Under the pieces are notes generated by a model. The model searched no databases. It saw only the letters and a program-made list of their open reading frames with translations, and was not told the origin of the DNA. Below are positions 55,516 through 64,000 of a stretch of 64,000 nucleotides of DNA, piece after piece. The translations under genes and the position numbers were made by a program. Origin of the DNA: an uncultured Pseudomonadota bacterium (GTDB lineage Bacteria > Pseudomonadota > Alphaproteobacteria > Rs-D84); the NCBI GenBank assembly GCA_902762295.1, contig CACWNX010000001.1, forward strand, positions 150,702-214,701, written 5' to 3'. Position 1 is the first letter of the stretch. Each line of letters starts with the position of its first letter.

Positions 55516-56412
55516 ATGATACGAAAATTTGATAATTTTTTAATTGGACTGCTGTGGCTATTAAGTGTCACATTGGCGACAACATTCTGGATGAACATAA
55601 ATTATGGGTTTAATGTATTATCCACTGCGCATTGGGCATACCTGTCTGAACTCCAGGCATCACGCACCCAGGTCAAATTTGATTTTTATATATCGTTAAT
55701 TGTCGCACTGGCGGTTGGAATTGTCGGGCTGTACATTTTAATTCGCCCACGATTTCGCAAGATTCCAACTTTACATGCATCTGTATCTATGCCACCAACA
55801 CAATCGCCGGAACAACAAGCAACCACACCAATTATTAGCTCTGGTGTGCCCCAGCCTGCACCACAACCTGTTACACCCGCGCGACCAATGCCGCCCGCGG
55901 CAATGATGTCGCGACAAATAACACCACCGCCAACCGCAACGCGGATATTTACACCACCAACACCGAAAGTTGCACCACCCGCGTTGGAAATTCAAAACAA
56001 TAATTCGGAAATTAAAAATATTTTTGAATCGTTGGGATATGCAATAAAACCAACCAAGAAAATTGGCAAAGTTGTTAATCCGGTGGTGACACTTGGGTAT
56101 GACAGCACGGTTTGGATTGTTTCATCAGATGTATCAGTTGATGATATGCGCGATGCAATTCAAACGATTATTAGCATATTTGATGACACACTTGGTGATA
56201 CCGCAAACGATTTAACTGTCCGTGGATGTATAATAAATACATCCGAGCAATCTGATAATACCGATCTGATTACCACATTCCATGATCTGGACGAATTCCG
56301 AAAATTTATGAATGATATACCGAACACCAAACCCGACGATTTTGATTCAGATTTATTTGATGCAATATCAACATACATCAGCACCGTCACAAACTATATA
56401 GGCAAAGAATAA
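55516..56412 (+). CDS. Membrane protein with a Pro-rich linker and an acidic C-terminal domain, unknown function
   Basis: 298 aa. Two N-terminal TM helices, then a P/T/A/Q-rich stretch (residues ~95-165), then a globular acidic domain. Confidence 0.55.
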   Translation: MIRKFDNFLIGLLWLLSVTLATTFWMNINYGFNVLSTAHWAYLSELQASRTQVKFDFYISLIVALAVGIVGLYILIRPRFRKIPTLHASVSMPPTQSPEQQATTPIISSGVPQPAPQPVTPARPMPPAAMMSRQITPPPTATRIFTPPTPKVAPPALEIQNNNSEIKNIFESLGYAIKPTKKIGKVVNPVVTLGYDSTVWIVSSDVSVDDMRDAIQTIISIFDDTLGDTANDLTVRGCIINTSEQSDNTDLITTFHDLDEFRKFMNDIPNTKPDDFDSDLFDAISTYISTVTNYIGKE

Positions 56413-56918
56413 TGCAATGGACCCAGGCAACCGCCGAAAAACGATTAAAAGATTTAAAAATGCCGGACATGCCAATAATGCCACTGGTTCCAACCAATGT
56501 AAATGTATCACCCGATTGGTTTCAAAAATACAAAGCATTATGTCGCGAATTTATGCGGTCCCTTTCTGATTCGGTCCAGGAACTTGCGCTGATGAACCTT
56601 AGTCGTGATGAATTTATGAATCTGCTAATGGGCCGTGCGTTGCCGGGGAATTTATCCATGCGTTTTCGCGTACCGTTAATATGGGGCGGTCAACTTGATG
56701 TGGATAATTTATTCATGTGCGCAACATTTCCGCATTCGCAAAACCTTGACCGATTTATTATTGAACAGGCCGGTAATGATACAATATGGCTGCCAAACCC
56801 CGAAAAGAAAATATATTTGCCGATACATTCAACAATATCGGGCAATGGCGGGAATGCGGTCGCCGATAGGCTGAATCAATTTGCGGCAACGGTCGCCGCC
56901 GGTCGCCGACAATCATAG
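56412..56918 (+). CDS. Hypothetical protein with a degenerate HNH-like (beta-beta-alpha-metal) segment
   Basis: 168 aa. RFRVPLIWGGQLDVDNLFMCATFPH resembles H-x2-P-L-x2-GG-x5-NL-x2-C-x4-H, but the first-His position is not His. It shares 1 nt with the upstream stop. Confidence 0.45.
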   Translation: MQWTQATAEKRLKDLKMPDMPIMPLVPTNVNVSPDWFQKYKALCREFMRSLSDSVQELALMNLSRDEFMNLLMGRALPGNLSMRFRVPLIWGGQLDVDNLFMCATFPHSQNLDRFIIEQAGNDTIWLPNPEKKIYLPIHSTISGNGGNAVADRLNQFAATVAAGRRQS

Positions 56919-56921
56919 GTA

Positions 56922-57365
56922 ATGCAAACAATGACACAAAATGATTTAATAAAAATTTTATCTGAACGCGGTGCATTTTTTGCAAATGCTGCAAATACCG
57001 GTCAAATAAACCGTGTAAATATAAATCTCCAGGGTCTGCATGCCGCAACCATTCCAACATTTATGAACGGGCTTTACCAAAAATGTGGCGGAATAAATCT
57101 TGGGTCGGGATATATATTTGGACCCAATGAATTTACCATTGGACCAAAGCATCCAATTCCCGATATTTTTTCGGTAAATCGCGAATTAACAAACATCTCT
57201 GCATTGCGTGGAAAAACAATTTTTGGGCGCAATGACTTATTTTGGTTTGCATTTGATTCATTCGGCAAATGCGAAATGTTGGATAATTTAGGGTTAAATA
57301 CTTTACGAAAATATGATGACCCGTATCGTGCAATTTTTGAATGTATAATTGGTGGAAAAATTTAA
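56922..57365 (+). CDS. SMI1/KNR4 (SUKH)-like protein
   Basis: 147 aa. IPTFMNGLYQKCGGINLGSGYIFG...GRNDLFWFAFDSFGKCEMLD resembles the SUKH pattern (LP..y..fl...NGg...ifg....f..d..G.....d). Confidence 0.45.
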   Translation: MQTMTQNDLIKILSERGAFFANAANTGQINRVNINLQGLHAATIPTFMNGLYQKCGGINLGSGYIFGPNEFTIGPKHPIPDIFSVNRELTNISALRGKTIFGRNDLFWFAFDSFGKCEMLDNLGLNTLRKYDDPYRAIFECIIGGKI

Positions 57366-57366
57366 T

Positions 57367-57570
57367 ATGAAAAAAATATCTGTATCTTTATCTGGACATC
57401 AAACCAGCATTTCACTGGAACAAGAATTTGTTGATGCATTGCATGAAATTGCGCAACAACAAAAACGTTCCATTACATCTATTATCGCCGAACTGGATTC
57501 AACGCGACCAATCGGCGCAAATTTATCATCTGCAATCCGAATTTGGATTTTAAAATATTTTCGCAAATAA
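57367..57570 (+). CDS. Ribbon-helix-helix protein (RHH_4-type)
   Basis: 67 aa from the ATG at 57367. KISVSLSGHQTSISLEQEFVDALHEIA...ANLSSAIRIWIL matches my recollection of the alphaproteobacterial RHH_4 family pattern. Confidence 0.7.
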   Translation: MKKISVSLSGHQTSISLEQEFVDALHEIAQQQKRSITSIIAELDSTRPIGANLSSAIRIWILKYFRK

Positions 57571-57573
57571 CAA

Positions 57574-59586
57574 TTACCGTCGTTTCTGGGACACATCAGA
57601 CAACCATATTGTCGCCATACATGATATAATCAGTATAATTATCATCCACATATCGCGTCCCAAATAACGATAAACTGTTTTATGTGCCCCCCAAACACGG
57701 CCATCCAAAATTCCCGCTTCACCAATCGGCATATCGGCAATAATTGCACCGGTTGGTGACACAAATGCACTAATTCCAGAATAGTTCGCACGCACAATCG
57801 GCACCCCCGATTCAATTGCATAACGCCGAACCATGCTAAGATGCTGGTATGTTCCCGGCGTTTTTCCGAACCAATTATCATTTGTAATGTTCACAATGGC
57901 ATTTGGATTTGTACCATTCGGAATTAAAGAATCAGAAAATATTATTTCATAACACACCGCCGGTGCAAATACGAAATTATAACGACCTGCACGCATTTTA
58001 ACAATCTCTGGGCCGTTTCCCGGTGTCAGCATACCTGGTGTTGGAATCAGATTTCCAAACGGTCGATATTCACCAAATGGCACAAGATGCGATTTACTGT
58101 ATACATTGGTCACATTACCGTTCGCATCCGAAACCAATAAAGAATTATATAATTTTCCATCAACAAAATAATTAGAACCAACAATAACCGGTTTTGCTAA
58201 AACCTGACCCAATGACATAATATCACCCGGCACCATAACAAATGGATATGCGGTTTCTGGGAACACCGCCAAATCATATTCGCCATCCGACAGTGCCAAC
58301 AAAGTCATTGTTTTTAAATTATGATTGGCATTTTGTATGGCTGCCTGGCGCGAATATGTTGCTTTCTGGGTCGCGCTTTGCGCCGGTTGAATAATCCGAA
58401 TCAACGGACCTTGTTCGATCTGCACTGAATTTACATAATGAATATTCTTTACTCCATACAGTATCCCAACAAATCCAAACATTATAAATACTATCAGGTT
58501 AAACCAATTTAAACCATTACGACGATTCTGGATAATTTCGCATACCGATGCAATAATTCCAATAATTACAAATGTCAACCCCAGCGCACCATACAACGCC
58601 ATTGAATTCGCAATATATAAATTATTTATGCCGATATTTGCAATCGGATTCCATGGAAACCCGGTTAAAAACCATTCACGCGCCCACAACACAACCGTCC
58701 AAACCGCGGCAAACAAAAATGGTCTGCACACCGAATTCAGACGTTTGCCTGTTACCGAAACAAAAGGTATTGCAAAGATTATGCCACCCAATATTCCAAT
58801 TCCAACCAGTGCCGGAAATGTCCATATTGCAAATTGCTTTGTCAATTCAGGAACAACATAAATACTGTGCACGACCCACCAAAACATTGCGATAGCATAA
58901 ATCGCACTGAACGGTAAAATCCGAACAAATTTTCCAACGACCGAATGATTTGTTAAATATTTCAATGACAACAAATATGCACCACCAACACCAATCAAAG
59001 TCAAAAACCACAAATTAAATGGTGCAAACCCCAGTGCTGCAAAAACACCACACAGCATTAGCATCACAACACGACCAATCGGACGATGAAAAAAACTTTT
59101 TATTGCGTTTATTGTTTGCCCCCCGGGACAGCAAATTCCATCTTTACATTCGCGACCATTGGTTGCATATGGATTTTTATACCCCAGTTTTTTTAATATT
59201 TTCGTTTCTTTTTTTTCCATAATTTCTGCGTCATTATCATCGACATGGTCATACCCCAATAAATGCAGAACCCCATGTACAACCATATGCGCCACATGTG
59301 CATCAAATGATATGCCCGCTTCTTTGGCCTGGGCACGCACAGTATCCAGCGATATAAAGATGTCCCCAAGTAAAAACGGGTCTGATAATTCAAACGACAA
59401 AACATTTGTTGGTTTATTTATCTTACGATATTTACGATTTATTTTGCGTATTTCATCATCATCAACCAATGTGATTGAAACTTCGGAATTTTGATATGTT
59501 CGTCCAACAACAGTATTAACAATTTTCTTGAAATCTATGTCGTATTTTTTCCATCTTTTATCCTGATAGTTCACATAAACGCGCAT
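57574..59586 (-). CDS. Fusion protein: YbeY endoribonuclease (N-terminal) plus apolipoprotein N-acyltransferase Lnt (C-terminal)
   Basis: One 670-codon ORF. Residues ~1-150 contain HGVLHLLGYDH (YbeY H-x3-H-x5-H). Residues ~165-670 are polytopic plus a CN-hydrolase domain with VFPETA, KSHLVPFGEY and AVCYE (the Lnt E-K-C triad). Confidence 0.85.
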   Translation of the reverse strand: MRVYVNYQDKRWKKYDIDFKKIVNTVVGRTYQNSEVSITLVDDDEIRKINRKYRKINKPTNVLSFELSDPFLLGDIFISLDTVRAQAKEAGISFDAHVAHMVVHGVLHLLGYDHVDDNDAEIMEKKETKILKKLGYKNPYATNGRECKDGICCPGGQTINAIKSFFHRPIGRVVMLMLCGVFAALGFAPFNLWFLTLIGVGGAYLLSLKYLTNHSVVGKFVRILPFSAIYAIAMFWWVVHSIYVVPELTKQFAIWTFPALVGIGILGGIIFAIPFVSVTGKRLNSVCRPFLFAAVWTVVLWAREWFLTGFPWNPIANIGINNLYIANSMALYGALGLTFVIIGIIASVCEIIQNRRNGLNWFNLIVFIMFGFVGILYGVKNIHYVNSVQIEQGPLIRIIQPAQSATQKATYSRQAAIQNANHNLKTMTLLALSDGEYDLAVFPETAYPFVMVPGDIMSLGQVLAKPVIVGSNYFVDGKLYNSLLVSDANGNVTNVYSKSHLVPFGEYRPFGNLIPTPGMLTPGNGPEIVKMRAGRYNFVFAPAVCYEIIFSDSLIPNGTNPNAIVNITNDNWFGKTPGTYQHLSMVRRYAIESGVPIVRANYSGISAFVSPTGAIIADMPIGEAGILDGRVWGAHKTVYRYLGRDMWMIIILIISCMATIWLSDVSQKRR

Positions 59587-59681
59587 AATTTTTCCCCCTG
59601 TTAATTTGACGGCAAAATCATATTGCCAACCCGTATTTTATCTAATAGAATTATTATATCACAAATAAAGACAATAATAAA

Positions 59682-60968
59682 ATGCAGAATACAACAACAC
59701 GACCATTGGCCGATATAATGCGTCCGAACACAATTGACGAAATTGTGGGGCAACGCATATTGCTTGGCGAAAACGGTATAGTACGCCGTATGGTTGATAA
59801 TCATAAAATTGCCAACCTTTTATTATGGGGGCCACCAGGTTGCGGAAAAACAACCATCGCACGCGCATTGGCGAAATCGGTTGATATGGATTTTGTTCCT
59901 ATGTCTGCGGTTTTTTCTGGTACCGCCGACATTAAAAAGACTATAGAGGTCGCACGCACAAACGCATCACTAGGGCGCAGTACTTTACTATTCATTGATG
60001 AAATTCATCGTTTCAATAAAACACAACAAGATACATTATTACCATATCTGGAAGATGGTACCGTTGTATTCATTGGCGCAACCACCGAAAACCCAAGTTT
60101 CAATTTGAACAACGCATTGCTGTCACGATGCCATATTGGTGTACTGGAACCATTAAACACCGAAGATTTAATGACACTGATTGAACGCGCCGAAAAATTT
60201 ATGAACCAAAAATTGCCATTAAACACAGATGGAAAAAAACATTTGGCAGAAATTTCTGATGGCGATGCACGATTTTTATTGAACACCGTTGAATATTTAA
60301 TATCGGCAAAGTTCAAAAAAAATTTATCGCCAGATGAATTAGATTCCGTAATACAAAAGCGCGCACCATTATCCGACAAATCTGGGGACGAACATTATAA
60401 TTTAATTTCCGCGGTTCACAAATCATTACGGGCCAGTGATACTGATGCTGCGCTGTATTGGGTTGCGCGTATGATGACATCGGGTCAGGACCCAATGTAC
60501 ATATTTCGTCGACTGACCCGATTCGCAATGGAAGATATTGGTTTGGCCGATCCGAATGCAATGCAAATGGCATTGACGGCATGGCAAATTTACGAACGCA
60601 TGGGCAGTCCCGAAGGTGACCTTGCGCTGACAGAATTAGTCATATACCTTGGGACCGCGCCCAAAAGTATTTCCGCGTACAAGGCACAATCTGCATCATA
60701 TGCGGTTGCGCGACAGACATCAAACCTTATGCCGCCAAAAAATATTCTGAATGCGCCAACCAAGATGATGAAAAATTTGGGATATGGTAAAAACTATGTT
60801 TATGACCCCGAAACTGAATCTGGTTGCAGTGGTCAAAACTGCTTTCCTGAATCTATGTCGCGTCAGACATTCTATCACCCCATTGAACGCGGATTCGAAC
60901 GCGAGGTTAAAAAGCGCCTGGAATACTGGGACACACTGCGCCGAAACGCTAAACACAACGAAGAATAA
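59682..60968 (+). CDS. rarA: Replication-associated recombination protein A (RarA/MgsA)
   Basis: 428 aa. LADIMRPNTIDEIVGQ, Walker A GPPGCGKTT, FIDEIHRFNK, and a MgsA C-terminal region (HYNLISAVHKSLRASD). Confidence 0.9.
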   Translation: MQNTTTRPLADIMRPNTIDEIVGQRILLGENGIVRRMVDNHKIANLLLWGPPGCGKTTIARALAKSVDMDFVPMSAVFSGTADIKKTIEVARTNASLGRSTLLFIDEIHRFNKTQQDTLLPYLEDGTVVFIGATTENPSFNLNNALLSRCHIGVLEPLNTEDLMTLIERAEKFMNQKLPLNTDGKKHLAEISDGDARFLLNTVEYLISAKFKKNLSPDELDSVIQKRAPLSDKSGDEHYNLISAVHKSLRASDTDAALYWVARMMTSGQDPMYIFRRLTRFAMEDIGLADPNAMQMALTAWQIYERMGSPEGDLALTELVIYLGTAPKSISAYKAQSASYAVARQTSNLMPPKNILNAPTKMMKNLGYGKNYVYDPETESGCSGQNCFPESMSRQTFYHPIERGFEREVKKRLEYWDTLRRNAKHNEE

Positions 60969-60970
60969 TT

Positions 60971-61687
60971 CTAGAACAAAATATTAACCATTACACCGGT
61001 TGCGATGCTTTCAGATTCAAACGCATAGTCAAAATGCCCGGCATACTGTGTACGACCATATTGACGAACAACCTTGAACCCGACCGTTTCTTCGTCATAA
61101 TCTGGATTGGTCGCCTTGCGCAATGCAAAGTTTGCACCGACACGCCAATCGTTATTCACACGAAAATATATTTCTGGCATAATATCTATAAATGCCATAC
61201 CCAACGGTTTATCTTTAAAAATCCAACTGGACTTTATCGTTGCCGCCAATGTCACACCCGAATACTGTCGTCCAAAACGCAATCCAACATAGTATGTTGA
61301 ATCGGCATATTCAGGTGTTCTTACATGTTCCGAACCGCCGAATTTCAATCCGAATAACATATCGGAAATTATGCGACGATTATTTTCAGATGCCAACCCC
61401 ATACGATAAACACCGCCTAAGTCTATACTGGAAAATCCATCTTCGTGGCCATCAAAATCCTGTTGATAATGAACATTGCCACCAAACACAAATCGGTCCG
61501 CCAAACCATAACTTAACGATTGCCCAATACGTAAACCATTATCAAAATAATCAAGACGGGTCTGCGATAATAATCCGCTACGCGCCTGCATGAACAACGG
61601 ATCCGATGTATCAGTTGTTAAATCATTTGCAGCATATGCATTTACTGCACACAATAATGTAAAAATTCCGAAAAACAGTTTACGCAT
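60971..61687 (-). CDS. Outer-membrane beta-barrel protein
   Basis: 238 aa. Signal peptide ending in AYA, alternating-strand pattern, ends in ...MVNILF. Confidence 0.6.
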   Translation of the reverse strand: MRKLFFGIFTLLCAVNAYAANDLTTDTSDPLFMQARSGLLSQTRLDYFDNGLRIGQSLSYGLADRFVFGGNVHYQQDFDGHEDGFSSIDLGGVYRMGLASENNRRIISDMLFGLKFGGSEHVRTPEYADSTYYVGLRFGRQYSGVTLAATIKSSWIFKDKPLGMAFIDIMPEIYFRVNNDWRVGANFALRKATNPDYDEETVGFKVVRQYGRTQYAGHFDYAFESESIATGVMVNILF

Positions 61688-61710
61688 TTAAGAAATCCAT
61701 TTTTATAAAA

Positions 61711-61742
61711 TACCGGTGGTGCATATTTCATCACCACCGGTA
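61711..61742 (-). terminator. Hairpin after the 61755 OMP gene
   Basis: TACCGGTGGTG-N10-CACCACCGGTA, an 11-bp stem. The T-tract on the minus strand is weak. Confidence 0.5.
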
Positions 61743-61754
61743 TAAATTAATTTA

Positions 61755-62936
61755 TTAGAAATAGAATATAATCTGACCACCGAACGACATTTCACGATAC
61801 TTGTCTAACTTGGCCTTGCCCATTTGATGCCATTCGCCAGATTCCGTACCAAAGAAATTCAAAGTTTTACCATCGGCAGTATCATAGAAAGATGTTTTCG
61901 CATAAAGATTCAATGCGAACCAGTCATTCGGCTGCCAACCAAACGCACCTTTGATAGATGCTTGGTTATGCCAGTCATAATAACCGAACATCGCCTCTAA
62001 ATTCAATGTCCAATCTTCGTTCAGAACACTGAACACCCCTAAACCCATTTCACCAAAGAAAGTGTTCTTAACATCTTCATCATATGCAATGAACAAAGAT
62101 TCCACAACACCACTTTCATTAACACCAATTGTACCATTGCCATAGTATTCATCATCAAAGTTCACCAACCATCCACGTGCGATACCATAGATTGTTGATT
62201 TTGAAACCTTGTATCCAACACGCAAATCCAATGCGAACTCGTTTGCGATATCTTGCTGGCGCTGGTAATATGCGGACATTGTTGCAATCCATTCATCATT
62301 ATCGGCGAAACGGAATTGCAGACCCAATCCATACAAATTCAAACCATTTTCATCAATTTTATCATCTGGTGCCGTTGACCAGTCAAACTTATATTTACTG
62401 ATATCATAACGACCCATAGCAAGGATACCAATTCGGTCAGTGATACCATAACTTAAATCTTCTTTTATTGCGAACTGATTCATTTTCCAGGTTGCCTTAG
62501 TATCCGACATAGTACCAGACGGAACAAAATCAATATCATATGATGACATGTTATAACTTAAATCCGTCACAGAACCAAACATGCCTTCGGTCGGCTGAAA
62601 GAACGGATGAGCCAAATAATACTTGCGTTTCACCTTGGTCCGAACTGTTTCTGTATTACGGGTTGTTGTCGTCCGCGTCGCCGTCCGATTATTTGTGTTA
62701 TATGTCCGATACATCTGGCTGCGACTTGATGGCTGAGCCTGGGTGGTATAATAGACATTATTTGCACCACTACGCGCGCCTGCACCAGAATATGTGCGGG
62801 TTGTTGTCCGAGTTTCATACCGCTGGTAATTTGTATTATTTGCATTATTTGCGCCATAATAATTTGTCGCCGCATCAGATGATGACACCGACATAACCGC
62901 CGCCGCAACGGCAAACACTGGTAAATACAGTTTCAT
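61755..62936 (-). CDS. Outer-membrane beta-barrel (porin-like) protein with an N/T/R/Y-rich N-terminal low-complexity region
   Basis: 393 aa with a signal peptide. About 90 aa of low-complexity sequence (NYYGANNANNTNYQRYETRTTTRTY...), then beta-strand patterns ending in ...GGQIIFYF. Confidence 0.6.
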   Translation of the reverse strand: MKLYLPVFAVAAAVMSVSSSDAATNYYGANNANNTNYQRYETRTTTRTYSGAGARSGANNVYYTTQAQPSSRSQMYRTYNTNNRTATRTTTTRNTETVRTKVKRKYYLAHPFFQPTEGMFGSVTDLSYNMSSYDIDFVPSGTMSDTKATWKMNQFAIKEDLSYGITDRIGILAMGRYDISKYKFDWSTAPDDKIDENGLNLYGLGLQFRFADNDEWIATMSAYYQRQQDIANEFALDLRVGYKVSKSTIYGIARGWLVNFDDEYYGNGTIGVNESGVVESLFIAYDEDVKNTFFGEMGLGVFSVLNEDWTLNLEAMFGYYDWHNQASIKGAFGWQPNDWFALNLYAKTSFYDTADGKTLNFFGTESGEWHQMGKAKLDKYREMSFGGQIIFYF

Positions 62937-63022
62937 TTTAAAAGACTCCTTTTATGCCTGGTATTATATCATAAAAACGACAGTTGACCAAGATAAAAAT
63001 TATAAATATATCAAAAGTAAAA

Positions 63023-64000
63023 TTATAATATATGACGCTTTCCATTCGGGTCGGGGGCACTGACGATACCTTCTTGTTCCATACGTTCCATAAACCCAGC
63101 TGCCTTGTTATACCCAATACTCAACCGGCGCTGAATATACGATATAGTCGGTTTCTTGTCACGCAAAACATATTCTTTAGCCTGGGTGTATAAATCAGCA
63201 TCTTTTCCACCACCCGATGATGACGATGCGGCACCAGATGCGCTTTCCGCAACCTCGTCATCAACAACACCAGAAACATATTCTGGTTCGCCCTGGGCGC
63301 GCAAGAAATCACCAATTCGTTGCAATTCATCATTATCAATAAGTGCTGCGTGGATACGAACCGGCACACGACCGGCCTCGCTGAATAACATATCGCCCTT
63401 GTCTAACAAATTCTCGGCACCTTTTTCGCCCAATGATGTCATAGAATCAATCATACTGCGCGCCTGGAATGATATACGCGTCGGAAAGTTCGCCTTGATA
63501 ACACCGGTAATAATTGTCGCATCGGGGCGCTGGGTCGCCATTACCAGGTGAATACCGGCGGCACGCGCCTTTTGTGCGATACGTTGGACACATGCCTCTA
63601 CTTCTTTGCGTGCGACACCCATCAAATCGGCAACTTCGTCAATAATAATGACAATATATGACATATCTGATAAATCTACTTCCTGGGTTTCATATTCTAG
63701 TTCCCCCGTTTCTGGATTGGTTCCAACGGCGACCTGACGCGTCAATTTTTCGCCAGATTCACGTTTTTTTGCAACCGCATCATTGTATTGCTCTATATTT
63801 TGAGCATTTAATAATTGCAACTGTTTATAACGGTCATCCATTTCCCGAACCGCCCATTTCAACGCATTTACCGCCGGAACCGGGTCTAATTTTACGATTG
63901 GGGTAATTAAATGCGGGATGTCATCCCAGAATCCAAAATCAACCCCTTTTGGGTCAATAATCATCAACTTGCATTTATCGGGTGTAAAATGATAAACAAT
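63023..64000 (-). CDS. ftsK: DNA translocase FtsK, C-terminal motor and gamma domain (5' end lies outside the window)
   Basis: The frame is open to nt 64000 (..FTPDKCKLMMIIDPKGVDF). Walker B region IVIIIDEVADLM, MATQRP, and a C-terminal winged-helix gamma domain (ISYIQRRLSIGYNKAAGFMERME). Confidence 0.9.
   Translation of the reverse strand: MVYHFTPDKCKLMIIDPKGVDFGFWDDIPHLITPIVKLDPVPAVNALKWAVREMDDRYKQLQLLNAQNIEQYNDAVAKKRESGEKLTRQVAVGTNPETGELEYETQEVDLSDMSYIVIIIDEVADLMGVARKEVEACVQRIAQKARAAGIHLVMATQRPDATIITGVIKANFPTRISFQARSMIDSMTSLGEKGAENLLDKGDMLFSEAGRVPVRIHAALIDNDELQRIGDFLRAQGEPEYVSGVVDDEVAESASGAASSSSGGGKDADLYTQAKEYVLRDKKPTISYIQRRLSIGYNKAAGFMERMEQEGIVSAPDPNGKRHIL

Overview
This is a 64-kb chromosomal segment from a moderately AT-rich Gram-negative bacterium. 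The gene content (GatCAB, ParE, TatABC, LolA, Lnt, AsmA, a SPOR protein, a short FtsL, an RHH_4-type small protein) fits best a streamlined, possibly host-associated alphaproteobacterium; that assignment is inference only. I support about 65 protein genes and two tRNAs (Phe-GAA, Lys-CUU). Most genes are housekeeping: fba (partial), efp, dnaN, rluC/D-like, uvrC, pgsA, dnaJ, parE, dnaA, dprA, plsY, rpsT, sufBC, ruvX, gatCAB, miaB, tatABC, lolA, nrnA, recJ, ftsL-ftsI, sufS/sufT/sufE, trxA, dksA, thrS, gltX, trmB, rarA and ftsK (partial). They are tightly packed, often with 4-nt overlaps, and classical operons are scrambled. No rRNA, CRISPR array, transposase or prophage is visible. The parts that look accessory or unusual are:
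- A small serine invertase next to a 92-bp segment flanked by perfect 19-bp inverted repeats, immediately upstream of a repeat-containing trimeric autotransporter adhesin. This is a candidate phase-variation switch.
- A four-gene cluster of unknown function at 55.5-57.6 kb: a membrane/Pro-rich protein, an HNH-like protein, a SUKH-like protein and an RHH protein.
- A single-ORF YbeY-Lnt fusion.
- A gatCAB operon invaded by a translationally coupled unknown ORF and by an antisense tRNA-Phe with a duplicated 3' half.
- An orphan TcpQ-like plus lipoprotein-secretin pair, and a lone divergent pilin-like gene.
- A split Suf system with no sufD in the window.

All functional calls come from reading motifs by eye. 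No database search was run.
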